Assembly: GCA_002104905.1 (NCBI GenBank)
Contig: MCFE01000248.1
Coordinates: forward strand, 50,842-114,841
Source: Basidiobolus meristosporus CBS 931.73
Taxonomy: Eukaryota > Fungi > Basidiobolomycota
Length of the DNA stretch: 64,000 nt
Reading direction: 5' to 3'
Of this stretch, positions 41,345 to 54,500 are shown in pieces. The first letter of the stretch is position 1. Each line of letters opens with the position of its first letter. Both the position numbers and the translations under genes were made by a program. Under the pieces are notes generated by a model. It saw only the letters and a program-made list of their open reading frames with translations. It had not been told where the DNA came from and made no database searches.

Positions 41345-41970
41345 TCGGTGGTGGCCAAGGATAATCCAGAATGGATTCCACTATGATCTATTCCGGATCG
41401 ATCGGTCTGACGAGGATCATTTGTGCCCTCTGATATGGGTCAATACTATCCGACGTAATATATATTTAGATACAATAAAAACACACATCTCGATGTGTAA
41501 CCCTTTTTAAAGCTTAGCAAAGTCACAAACCCACACCTTCACGCGTGACCAGGGCAAACTAGGCAGTTATTCGTCTGATGCGTGAGGGGGGAGGTGGTAT
41601 CTCATTTCCCAGCTCATTCGCAAATGAAATCTAGTCGACCAGAAGGGAATATGATGAAGATACATATATATATTAACTCTCACCTCTACTGGAAACGGGC
41701 ATAAAATGGCATGACCAAAATCGAGAAAGCTCCAGAACGTGGAGGTAGATACAAAGAGTGCATGGCCGACGTTTGAAACATAAGAATGGGGGAGATGTCA
41801 GATATTCGAGGAAGTAAACGGGTTCGTGGGTTCCCATCGATGCCACAGCGGTGAGGCTGATGGTTGGGAGAAACAAAAGTGACAATGATCGTGAATACAT
41901 TCTTTTAGCAATTAGGGAGTGTAGAGCTAGAGTTAGAGTGGGGCATGAATAGAGAATCGGGGTGGTCGTT

Positions 41971-43250
41971 CTAGACCGACTGGCGAACACTATAATTGGG
42001 TGGGGACTGGCGCCTGCTGTGTATTAGCATCTGCTGCCTCAAGGCGGGCGTATCGAGAGGCTTGAGTAGTTGGAAGCTGCACAACAAATCCTCGTTGACG
42101 TTCATGACTGCACCGTAGTTATCGAACTCGCCGCAGTAGTTGGGCGCGGAGAAGACGGTCACCAATGTGCGCCCGTTGAAGAATTCGTACCCATCCTCAA
42201 CCACCATATGAGCACGACAGACCAAATCCATATCGTGCGTGCTCAGGAAGTTATCGACCACCGTTTTTCCGAAGCAATAGGATACACCTCGTTCGTTATC
42301 TTCCCACTCGGCCGACGTTTCACTGGGGTCGCTCCACAGCAGATCGCTTAGCAGGCCGCTGTCGGGAACGTCTGTCGGTCGCTCGATACGTCTGATGTCG
42401 TCCATGGACTTAAGTGAGGGGGATAGCCCGCCGTGGACGCAGAAGATCTTGGATGCTATCAGGGCAGCGATAGGTAGTGTATCAAAGACATTGACGAAGA
42501 TTTTCCAGATCTTGATATTGCATCGACGCTTGCACTCGTCGTAAAACCCATAAACTAACACACAATCAGCGATACAGCCATGAATCAGTGGGAGTTAAGC
42601 GAATGAATACCTCTGGTCACGTTTGCGCACTCATGATTGCCGCGAAGTAGAAAGAAGTTCTCGGGGTACTTGATCTTGTAGCACAGCAGCAACAGGATGG
42701 TCTCTAGGCTCTGGCGTCCACGATCCACATAGTCCCCTAGAAATAAATAGTTTGCGGAAGGGGGGAACCCGCACATATCAAAAAGACGCAGGAGATCGGT
42801 AAACTGCCCATGAACATCACCTACCACCTTGACCGGTGGGGAAAGCTCCACCAAGGACGGCTGCGAGAGGAACACTTCTCTGGCCGCTTGGCAAACAGCC
42901 ATGATCTCTGCATTCTTCAGGCAGGGGGATTTGGACACCTTTCCGGAATAGCCGGACTCCAAAAGTCTCGCTATCATATCATCGACGTTGATTGACTTGA
43001 GTCTGTCTCCACTGCTACGCAAGTTCAACGAGCCGATAGAAGAAACTGTGGGGGCAGCCACTGCTTCAATGCCCAGCGAGTTTTGTAGTTGTTCTGGGGA
43101 GCGGATAAGGATCGAATCCAGATTCTCCTCCTCGTAGTCCACCTCGGGGGACTCCGTGGTGACTATCTGGGGGATATCACCTGACGAAGTACCTCGGTGG
43201 CCCCTATCCAAGGATTCGCCACTTTTTTTCTTGGAGGAATTGTTACCCAT
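41971..43250 (-). CDS. PPZ1: PPZ-type Ser/Thr protein phosphatase, 2 exons (43250-42611, 42554-41971)
   Basis: MGNNSS myristoylation-type start, Ser-rich extension, [35 protein letters not shown]. Confidence 0.9.
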
Positions 43251-44970
43251 GGTGGAAAGAAGGGTGAATTTCTTGAGCAAATGGTGAGGTGCAGAGCGGG
43301 GGAAGCGAGACGCTGTTGGAGCGCTGGGTTGAAGGTGGGTATGTGGACGACGATAACAAGGAGAGGAAAACTATACGAGAGTTCTTAAGGAACGTGGTTG
43401 CATCAATTCCACTCAAGGCGTTTCTTACGGAGAGTATATCAAGTGTCCAAAAGGGGTGGTGCTACTAGCAACGTTGGTCAGTGGGCTGGTGGGGATGGGA
43501 GGCGAAAGTGTGCCACTTACCGCTTTGAAGCCTGATGAGGAATGTAAAGGCGCTTATTTACGAAAAGGGAACAAAAGTAAGGAGGCCTCCCGGGGGGGTT
43601 TGGAGTGTACGTAGAAGAAAAATCTTGACGGAAACCAATATTAAGTTGGCAAAATCTTTACTGTAAACTTTAAGGTGATAGTAAAAAAGGATGACTTATT
43701 TGCCAACTCATTCGCCTAACGTGGTAATCCGTTTGTAGGAGGGAGGGGTGCCATCATGAATATTGCATTTGAGGGGCAAATCATGATGGAAATAAATGAA
43801 ATTTGCCAATTACAAATGATTGCGATTTTTTAGAGAGGCTCGATCTTCGCAATGATGCTATTAATGTTCACGACATGATGATGCTACCAATCAGGTAGTA
43901 TTGGAGCAAAAGATTCCAATGGTTATCCAAATAAATCCTGCTAGAGCCGCATTCCTGAAACGTCTCATAGCTAGTCACCTCAAACAAGTCCCATACACCT
44001 TGGGAATAGGCCAGCAGTTTCAATCTTGCGCCAGTGTCAACAGTGCTCTGAATCGTCGCGTGTCCCAGCCATCCAAGTAGAGATGGGTGATCATCAACGG
44101 CTGCTGGCCGGTCGAAGCTGTTCTAGCCTTCTTGCAAATGCTGGTGTAGTGTGGCACCTGAGCCCAGCTACCTTATGATTCAGCAATGACAAAAATCAGT
44201 GGTTGCATGCTTACAGATTATAGATTAACTGGAGTGACACAGAGGCTATTTTTGTCCGCATCGGCATGGACTCCAGACCTCGGCCATCTGATTGGCGGGT
44301 CGCTCTGCGTATCGACTGTGGGTAGTTGTTGCTTCCAACAAGTAGAGAATCCGAAACATCTGATGTGTAGGAGCGGCATAGGGCCCTGCAATCGGCTGGG
44401 CAACGGGTGTCGGTAAGCAATGGTTAGGTGATCTTACACGGTGGCATCCATGCCCAGTGGCCCGGTTCTTGGCAGGTGCTTATTCATCACTGGGCTCATC
44501 GTGGGGAAGGGATGGGATGCTGGCGTTGATGGGCATGTCCTGATGCAGGATCGACGAAGTAACTACCCTACCTTGCATCCGCCACACGCTCACCTATTGG
44601 ATAGGTGGAAAGCACGTTCGCATATGCCACAGATATGTGTAGCTTCGCTGCCTCATCAACGCCGGCTCTTGTTCAAGTCCTTTCGAGGTTTCATCGGGCC
44701 GTTTGACTGTGGAATCATTCTGAAACAATGTCCCAACCCATTCCGAAGAGGCCATCGGTGATGGATGGCCCCCTTGAAACGTTGGTTTTATCGGTTCGCA
44801 AATTGTTGGAGAATTCCCGGAAATGGAGAGAAACTACTGGTGAGCGTGGCATATATCTAGAGTGGTTAAGGCATTCATTGAGATTGTGGAGCAACTGGAT
44901 GACTCTCTAATAAGCGCTCTATCAAATTCCGTCCATCCTTTGAGAGTCTGTCACTACCCAAAGCTTAGCA

Positions 44971-46165
44971 ATGAGATTCTTCACACTTCTACTGCCGCTC
45001 TTCTTCGCCACCTTATGCTATGGAAGCCTGTTCGGAAGCATCCGTTCAGGATTGAGCAGGCTTAATCCATTCTCTTCGCGTAGAGACAGCGCATCAGAAG
45101 TAATCGTAAGCAATGGATACCGGGCACCAGTCATGAATAAGGGGTACATTAGACCACCTCCACCACGACCCAGGCCTGTTATCAGCAATGTTGTGGTATT
45201 TGGCGACTCTCACAGTGACACTGGAAATACTCGGGCCATTTCGAAGAACAGATCTCCTCCTCCGCACTACTTCCAGGGTAGATACTCCAATGGGCCTAAC
45301 TGGGTAGACTATGTCGGGAAGAATCTAGGGATCGCAATCAAAAACTTTGCTTACGGCGGAGGGACCGGTAGGCTAGCCCGCTTGTCATCTCAGAGTTTGG
45401 TTACTAACTCTCCATATAGTCGATAGTTCGTTGAATCAAGGGATAGCGGGATACGGATCTAAGGTTAAAGTACCTGGCATTGCACAACAGGTAGATCTGT
45501 TCCTGAATACAACATATGGGAATATTCAGAACACTCTGTTTTTGTTATGTGGCGGTAGCAACGATTACTTCATGAATGCCACCGTAGAGGCAAATGATAT
45601 TCAAAATGCGATGAGAGACAGTGCAGAAGCTTTGCTGAAAAAGGGGGCCACGAGCATAGCGTTATGTACACTTCCACCGCTAACTGCGACCCCGATGATT
45701 AAAAGCACTTGGATAAAACGACTGATATTCAGATTTGCGGAGCCTGTGTACAATTACAGAGTTCGACAACTTGTCAGCGAGTTACAGATTCGACACCCAG
45801 ACCGCTATTTCATCACTTGGGACCTTGGCCCAATCCTGAGCAACATCATCCAGAACGCAAAGGAAAACGGGTTTACTAACACCTACCAGGCTTGCGTGGA
45901 TGAGAAAAACAATAGCCCTCCCTGCAAGAATCCTGATGAATATGTGTACTGGGACTCCATAAATCCCACCACACGCACACACAAGCTAATTGCTGAGAGT
46001 TTCCAAGCTCTTCTCAAAAACAACTTTGTGTACAGGCCCTACTACAATCAGCAATACAACGGGAATAACCAACGGCCCGGACCTCCCATGGAACAGCAGT
46101 ATGGTGGCCCGAGGTTCAATGGCAAGATGCCTCCTAACCGTCCACCATATGTACAATATGCTTAG
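44971..46165 (+). CDS. Secreted SGNH/GDSL lipase-like protein, intron 45368-45419
   Basis: Signal-peptide-like N-terminus; FGDSHSDTGN, GRYSNGPNW, NFAYGG, GSNDY; block V reads WDSINPT; N/Q/P/G-rich tail. Confidence 0.88.
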
Positions 46166-49100
46166 AAAAATAAATCGGAGTCAAGTTCTCGAACCCATGT
46201 TGCATGTTCTGATGATTACATCAAGATCCTCGGTTTTGCCTGACTCCTGTAGTATGAAATGTCCAAATGGGGTACGAAATTGTTGCCACTCGAGGATACA
46301 TCTTGCTATTACACAGGGTTGGAAATAAAGGAAGCCATTCACCGTAAATAGTGGTGCTATCGAAAGGCCTCGTGTGCTAGGAACTTGGGAATATGGTGGC
46401 ACCCCAAACGCACCAGGAGAGGAGTGCTCCAATTGGGAACCAACACCAAACCCACTGAAGCAACTAGTTTCAAAATAATATTTCCTCATCACCCATGAGA
46501 CCTATATATGGGTCCTGAGACAAATCAACCAAACACCCATCTGTTACACGTTCTTTTGACTCTTGTGCAAACCAATGCCCTTACCCATCTGGACTTGTCA
46601 CCAAAACGCTTCGAGATCGCTGGTAGGATTTCTCGCCACGTGATGAGGAAATACCAAGTATCACTAGTCTACTAGAACTCATCCATTCTGAGTAAACAAG
46701 AGTAGCTTCCAAGGAATCCATTGGAATTCATTTAATACTACATTATGCAGGTGCAAACTGGTGAGCTTTCTTACCGCCATGCGGTGTCTGATGGATACAC
46801 CTATTTGTCATTGTGTATGGGATGGTTACCTGGTAAGGTGGAATCAGTTGGGGCAGTGTTCCCAGTGTTCCAATAGGCGGAATGCAGGGCGTGATGTAGA
46901 GTTAATAACTTATTAAATGGACCTCGAGTTAATAACGTGCAACACATTCAGTACGGATATGGGAAGATTCCTTGCCCAATTCTATCATTTTCTTTATCTG
47001 CGATGTGCTAGCCGATGTAAAAATCCTTCATCTCGAATAGGAAATCCAACTTTCCCAGTCATTACATCACACCACCACAACTTTGTTTTGGTGCCCTCCG
47101 AGGCACAAACCAATAAACACTAAATACTACTCCGGATGGAACCGAGACATGTAACCAGAAACACCTTTTTTAAATGAATATCTGGCAGTTAATAACAACC
47201 ACCTGCATTGCTGGGCAATGAGTGTGTCAGGATCAATGGCTGATGCGAAGCAAGCATAGAGTATCCAGCATTCTGTCCCAAGGCGTAAGCATGCCTTCTT
47301 GGCTCTTCCTTGCGGGGCTTCGCCCTGCTGTTGTGGAAGATACACCGAGTTGGGACCAGATGTTCATCATCAATCCGGCGATAAACTTGAATGCAATCTA
47401 ATTGACCACAAAACCATAACGTAGTGAGGGATCTATGTAAGAGTTTTTCCATGATCTCTCGGGCGTAATTGGATGTAGGATATTCCGGGCATGCACAGAT
47501 CATGCAGTATATCGTAGATACTCTACAGGTGACATTTGCAGAACAGATTCCGATCGAGGCCTGAGTCAAAATTTGGCTGAACTTGGTTCGATTCAAGCTG
47601 GTTGAAAATCCCAAACAAATGGGGGTAATTCAGCCTATAATCATTGCTCCCAAACAAAAATGGGAATCGGGAGTTACGGGGTAGTTATCCCTCCGTTACA
47701 TTGGAGGTAATGCATATCAAGGGAGTGGGCACCCACACCGCTGCTTTCCTTCAGGTCGGCGTTCCAACCACGGCCAAGTTTTGCCGGAAGAATCATCTCC
47801 CCAGGATACATCGCCTCGCAACATATAAAGTCGAAGGCAAACTGCTTGAACGAACTACCCCACCTAGATTGCGAGATACGATTTGACACTTCAAAACCAC
47901 CAAGAGATAGAGCAATAGTTGTCGAATTACCTGCCCTGCGAATCCATGATGTGGCCTATGTAGCAGGATCCCTTGGTGATACAGGCGAGCTAGTCTTGTC
48001 CGTTCATCTGAAAGAATTGAACCTGATTTGACGGAGCCAGTAGGTTGTGGTCACTGGTGAGACCTATTCTATTTGATCGGGGTAAATAAACAGTTCGTTT
48101 CGTGTGGTTACAACCTCCGTTCATGGTAGCTCAAATTTGTCTAACGTACCGTTGATGCAGAGCCACTTAATCCATCTGGTTGGCCACAAAACATGGATAA
48201 ATTGTTTGCGAAGGATCTCCTTATCACGAGTGTCGGATTGCTGGATGGGAAATAGTTGATATGTAGGCAGCAGGAGCACTGGTGCTTGGAATATCATATG
48301 CAGTGTACTACCCGAGGATTTGGTGGAGATTGGTGAATTTGTTCCATGCCAAAACTTGTAATCACAAAGTGAATCAAGAATTCTTCTCAATATCGTGATA
48401 TCACTTTTTCAGAGTGGGTCAACACCAACGAACGTGCCATACTGCCTATTGTGGCTTTGAATCACATTTGTGATATGTAAGATGAGAACATCTTCCATGG
48501 ACTTTGATAGCTCTGAAATGCGTAAGCTCACCAAGCGAATATGTACTCTTGTTAGCGCAACGACCGCAACCCTCATGCAATATGACAAAACATCCAGAAT
48601 ATATGAAGACAGTAGGCCGAATCAATAAAGCTAGTATAAGAAGTCTGAATCAAGAGCTCGTGTTTGTGCTTGTTATTGCCACTGGTCCAGATCATCGATA
48701 CGATACAGTTTCTTGCATGTGGGTACAGCGCTATCTTCAATCGACATCAGTCCATATTTCATCAGTAGTTGTAATCACAATGCTGGAAGAAGAGGAGTCG
48801 TACTCAATCATGGCTCGGGTTCCTCAAATGCTCGAGCTCCCTGTTTATGCACCACTCAAGTAACAGTGCCCTGACAACACAGGCGGCATTTGTAAGTCGT
48901 ACTCTCGCAGTAGCGCTCACCACCTTTGAGGAGCTGATGCCCATAAGCATCTCTCACAGAAGCTGATCCACGACTGCAAGGAATCTATGAGTGGTAAACA
49001 CATACAGAGTTATAGATTACCATTACATACTGCGAATAAGGTAACCAGATTGTTGTCCGACCCACCGTTATTAAGTTCTACCTGCCCTAATTTCCACAGT

Positions 49101-50362
49101 AGAACTCTCATTCATTTATAATATTGTTGAGTTTGGTCAACAGGGGGAGCCAACATACTATGCGTTACAAGATCCACGATAGCAGTGTTCCGAAGTTCTG
49201 GAACGCCGTTATAGTTATATTGAAACCGAAACCCTTACCTACACAGGTGCATTGAGGAGTGTGATTGGTTTGGAGTAGATTAGGATTGGTGGCGGATAGA
49301 GTCAGAGATGTTATTGCATGATATGTTGATCTCATTTTAAGCCACCATGCAGCATAAACAAACAACTGGACATCCCAGAGCTTAAACAGGATTGTGATCC
49401 GATATAGATTTATATCAAAGTTCCAGCACATTGACCGGACATTGGTCAGAGAACAAGGACTGACTACGAGTGGTCTTCCATCTAGTATGTCAGCAAATCG
49501 CTTCTGATGTCACAGAAGGGAGTTAGTACCTATGGTACTTAAGCCAGAGGTCATTTCAACCAGTGCTCGTGACCCGAGGCCGAGTATATGGCTTTACCAT
49601 CCAAAGGTTGTTCAATGATGACTGATGCTAGGGAATCCCGCAGGGCCACTCCCTTGGGCGGGCAAGAAGGGGCAGTACGGATCAATAGTCATTACACGGC
49701 AATTTTATCGTGTTCCACCTACCACTACCATCTTTGGCCCCATCTACCATTCTGCCGTCAGGTTCCTTGGTAGGATGATCACTGCCAGGTAAGCCCCACA
49801 AAGGCAAGATCCACATAGCGGTGCCATTGCTAGTTCCGAAGTGTGCGGAAGAACTCTCGAGACCATGCCTTTTTGCAAACACTGACCCTGCCAGTCTACA
49901 GATTGCTCAATACCAACACCACCATCCCGGCTCCTCCTCGTCTGCGAAGGCCTCAGGGTAAAGCCATCCCCACCTGAATAGATGACTGGCTCAAGGGCAG
50001 CCTAGATCTTGAATAAACGGACTGAATGCATTATGGCGATTTATACATCGCAATGATAAGTAGACCATCCGAGCTGCCGATAGATACCAAATGCAACAGC
50101 TAGTTTGGTTTCACACAATGACAAAACTGGGCTTCACAATACCAATCAGTTCGCATATCATGCTGGATCCATGATCACCAGAGCAGCAATCCCAAAGCTT
50201 TAAAATCAAGCCAGTGCACGAGAGAGCCAGAGCCTCAATTCACTATTTCAACAACTCCAACCCAACTCATTGGTCTTTAGCAGAATCCATTGTTTCCGAT
50301 CTGCAGGATTCGCCATCCCCGGAAAACTTGACCTTGTCGTTACCCATCATTTTGCTGCGAAT

Positions 50363-51565
50363 ATGACCTATTCGGCTGTACATTCCTACTACTCACAATG
50401 CCCATATCCCACACAGAGGGTTTTTGCTCCTCCGGGTTACGATTTTACCCGGGATCAATTTGTGACCGTAGACCATCTATCGTCATGCTTCGACCAAGGA
50501 AAACCAATGAATGCAGAGAACGTAGCTGAGCTCAATAATGCATTTGCAAGGGATTCGAGTGATTACAAGCTAGGGGGCGCGTTTTGGCCAGTTTCCTCAT
50601 GTGATAGTTCCACTGCCGTGGATAACCCAGCCTTTCAGCTGTACGATGGCCTTCCGATTAAGGAGGAAACAGACACGGCGGCTTTCTCAATGACTAAGGC
50701 TCAGTTGGTTGAAAGAGCGTCCATTGGCTACAGTGATATCAACCACCTGGCCTCGAAATATGACCACCAACGTGTTGTATGGGATCAAGCACATTCTGGT
50801 GGAGGCAATCCTCCGAAATCAGAGAATACAGACACGGATGAGCCCCCAACGCTTACCAACAACACTGAACCAGATTGCAATGAAGCGAATTTGCCACAAT
50901 GCTCACCTAGGGCCACCCTCGCCACAAGCACAGGAAACACCACCACCCGCAGTTCCAAATCTCCATTGCTATCCACATGGTTTGGAGTTTCGGAATACAC
51001 GTTGTCCCCTCCTGTCAGCGACCTCGCCGAGGTGTTGTACCCAACAGAGATTTCAACACTCTACGAAGCTACCCAGCTAGGTTATGAGAAAGAGAGTGTT
51101 TGGTCTCGGTCTCTCTCCGATCTCGATGGGCTGGGCCATTTGGTAGATTACCCTGCGCACCTAAATGAGAGAGTCGGCTACAATGGGCAATACTATACCT
51201 CTGGTTCTGAGCAGAGTTGCATTACGCCATGCAGCTCTCCCAGCTTGGAGAAGGTGCATCCTCACTCTGATGGATTGGCAAAGGATCAGGTTAGCTACTC
51301 CAAATTAAATGGTGCTTGCACAGGGAAAAAGAGAGCAAACCCACCAACGTCCATGATGTCCACCTTTAATTCGAAGATGCTATCGGCGTCAGCCAAGAAG
51401 TACCATTGCTTGATCTGCCAGAAAGGGTTTAGCAGGCCAAGTTCCCTGAATACACATATGTATTCCCATACCGGCGAGAAACCGTTTAAATGCTCACATG
51501 AGGGGTGTGGGCGAAGTTTCTCAGTAGTGAGCAATCTTCGTCGCCACTCGAAGATCCATGGCTGA
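50363..51565 (+). CDS. C2H2 zinc-finger transcription factor, FlbC-like
   Basis: Two C-terminal fingers: CLICQKGFSRPSSLNTHMYSHTGEKPFKCSHEGCGRSFSVVSNLRRHSKIH; first in-frame ATG at 50363. Confidence 0.88.
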   Translation: MTYSAVHSYYSQCPYPTQRVFAPPGYDFTRDQFVTVDHLSSCFDQGKPMNAENVAELNNAFARDSSDYKLGGAFWPVSSCDSSTAVDNPAFQLYDGLPIKEETDTAAFSMTKAQLVERASIGYSDINHLASKYDHQRVVWDQAHSGGGNPPKSENTDTDEPPTLTNNTEPDCNEANLPQCSPRATLATSTGNTTTRSSKSPLLSTWFGVSEYTLSPPVSDLAEVLYPTEISTLYEATQLGYEKESVWSRSLSDLDGLGHLVDYPAHLNERVGYNGQYYTSGSEQSCITPCSSPSLEKVHPHSDGLAKDQVSYSKLNGACTGKKRANPPTSMMSTFNSKMLSASAKKYHCLICQKGFSRPSSLNTHMYSHTGEKPFKCSHEGCGRSFSVVSNLRRHSKIHG

Positions 51566-54500
51566 AGATTCCACCAGGCGCTTGCCTCTTGAAGATGGCT
51601 GTGCAACATCATCATGTTTGGTGAAATCCACGTTCACTTGCAAGGCTCAGCTGCATATATACCTTTCAACTTCTTCCCCCCCCCGTTGGTATTCTCCAAT
51701 AATATCATTGTATTCACCCAGCATCACATTTCAACCTGTAATTTGTTCCAGTTGCAAATCATTGCAATCTCCTTTCAGATTTACGCATGAATTTATACCG
51801 TGTATAATTCCTTCCAAGAAAATAGCTCTTAACTCATGCACGGACGCTTATGCATACCCGTTGTTTTTCTGCACGGTGACTTGAGGACCTGGTGTAGGCT
51901 GGATCTCGAACAGTTGTATCTACTTATTTCGAAGAGGATGCTTCAGATATGAGTTTTGTCTCTACCTGCGTTGTACACTATTTTGAATTTAGGAACGTCT
52001 GGTTGGGATCAACTTGTCGACAATCCCTCGAATATCGAAATAGTTTAAACAGCCATTTTCGAGATCATTAAAAATACCCCAGAGATATGTTCATTTCCTA
52101 GTCTTACACATGACTATCTTAGTATAAACTGGGCATCTATTAATCGAATTGTCACAACATACGCCCATACAACCTCCTAGATGGCAAGGATCGGGTGGAG
52201 TTGACTACCTGCCGCTGATGGGTCATTGTTAAACAAGATGTATTCATTCACTACCAACGGGTCTTGGCTTAGGGTTAGGTTACAATAAGTAACAATTCTA
52301 TGGAGCCTACGCATGTTATCAAGTAGTAAAATAAAATGCAGCATCCGGGCAAATATGGGGTTTTGCAAGATGTATTCTATAGCACTCTCGTGCGTCATCG
52401 TAAACATGCGTAGCCAGCTTTAAATTAGATTACTCTAATTAAAGTCAGGAAAGAACAAAACAGCATGTAGAAATTGTTGCAATTAATCGTAAAGGTACTT
52501 GCGTAGCTAATCGCTAAATTGTGAGTTAGTTGCTTAATACATTAGCTAATCCTTTGGAGTAGTAAGCTCCTTGAAGTTTTCAAAATACTCAAATTTGACC
52601 AAGTGGCCCCAAACTTTGTACACCATCTATGCACAAACGATTGATTCCGCAAGCAAATCGTCAAACTCTCAAAATCTTGCAAAGGAAGCCAGCTAGATAT
52701 TTTTATTTACGTAATGAAGGCTTGGTGGAGATTATTACAACATGTTAGGGCGCATTGGGAGTGATTTGGAGAAGTCTTGACTTTACCTTTGCTGCAAAAC
52801 ATTGCAGAAAGTTGACCGGGATTTGGAAAAGTAGCTGACTTGTTCCATATGATCATGTTGGTATATTAAGTTTATATCTAATATCTACAACAAGGTGCCA
52901 ATCTGAACCATGGGATGCTTAAGTTGCTTGGAACAAGATCAAACAATGTCATCAACTTTCAATTGATACTACATCTATACCGAATTAGATACTAGGCTCT
53001 ACTAAACTACCACCGCTGGAAAAAGCTAGTTAATACGTAATCGCATTCAAAAAGGAAGTGTCAACATTCTTGATACGATTTTCATAAAAGTCGATTTGCA
53101 GTAAGTGGCCCACGTTTTGTTCCACTTTATCTCTACCATTCCGCTTACCCTTTTCAACTGATATGCCCAGTGCATTTTGAACTCCTTATGCAATCCAACG
53201 GCCAGTACGGAATTAAACCAAATACTGCGAAATAATAGCTGAAGTTGAATAACTACAAGAGTCTGCACAAATACTTCCAGTTCTGTTTATGGATAGTTAC
53301 AGTCTAACCAATTGTACAGAAAGTTACCTTTCCATTATACATCAACCATTAGTATTCTATTATGAATCAGGCAATTACTGACGCCAGAGGAGTTACTAGT
53401 ATTGAAGTAGCTTGAGGATATGGCACCTTCCTCATTCAATCTGTAATCTTAGTTGCTCACAGTCAATGCTGATATATTCTGCGCTCGACAATATATATCC
53501 GGAGTAGTTACAAGTATTGAGATATTGGCGTATTTGAGATTAGCAAGATATCTCAGACTTATCATCTACTAATGCGTTCTAATACAGACATCGGTACCAC
53601 AATCCCACATTCATTATACTACATGCTTGGCCTGATGAAGGCAAGAAGAGATTGTGGCAAGTGAAGTGCACCAAAAGGAAAATGTGTCCAAAGGCTTTTG
53701 TGAAAGCATTTCTAACATATTGACCAAGTGTGAAAATATATGAATGCCGAACCAATTCTCTGCGATGGCCCCTAAAACGTCATAATTACAGGCTTATTTG
53801 AAATGAATCTACCATGAATACCCTTTGAATGAATATGCGCCGTCATTTATCACCTATTCCTCAGAGGGAGCACTTGTTGACTTTCATCTATGCAAGGTCT
53901 AACACACAGGAAACACATCATGGATGAATGTAGTTCCTATTTTGCAGACAACGTAAATACTCAGATATTTAAGTCTGATTCTTAGATGAAGATTTGAATG
54001 AGTGACGTTTACTTGCTAATTCGTCTACCTTGATACAAGTATATATATGATGAGTTGAGCCATTTAATATAATAATCAATAGGCCACTCCTAACAGTCAC
54101 TCGAAATAGCTAGCCAGACTGAAGCTACTTGCTAAAAGCTTGGGTCAGGGTTTATTAAGTTAAGAGTTCGAGAGGAACAGCTACTTTATCTGCCTAATAA
54201 TTGTACAATCATTTCTGCGGAGTGCCAAACTTCTCCTTGGTGAAAGTATAGGTGGGTTGCATTTCACCTTCGGATCAGAGCTTCATTGTGCGGGTTCCGA
54301 CCTTCCATTCGGTGAAATTACCCTTCACAATGGTGTTATCGAAGCCGCTATTCCAGGTATTATCGTCGAGGAAGTTCAAATAAAGTGAGAAATGTGGCAT
54401 TGTATCATCAGCCAAGTCAGTGATCACCACTGCCTTAGGTGATTTGATAAAGTTCACCTCTTGACCCACCCTTAGGGATAGATATCTTGGCTTATCAACA

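Noticed and set aside
46181-49900. Scattered 60-140 aa ORFs, many with non-ATG starts
   Set aside because: No motifs; consistent with chance ORFs or unrecognisable decay
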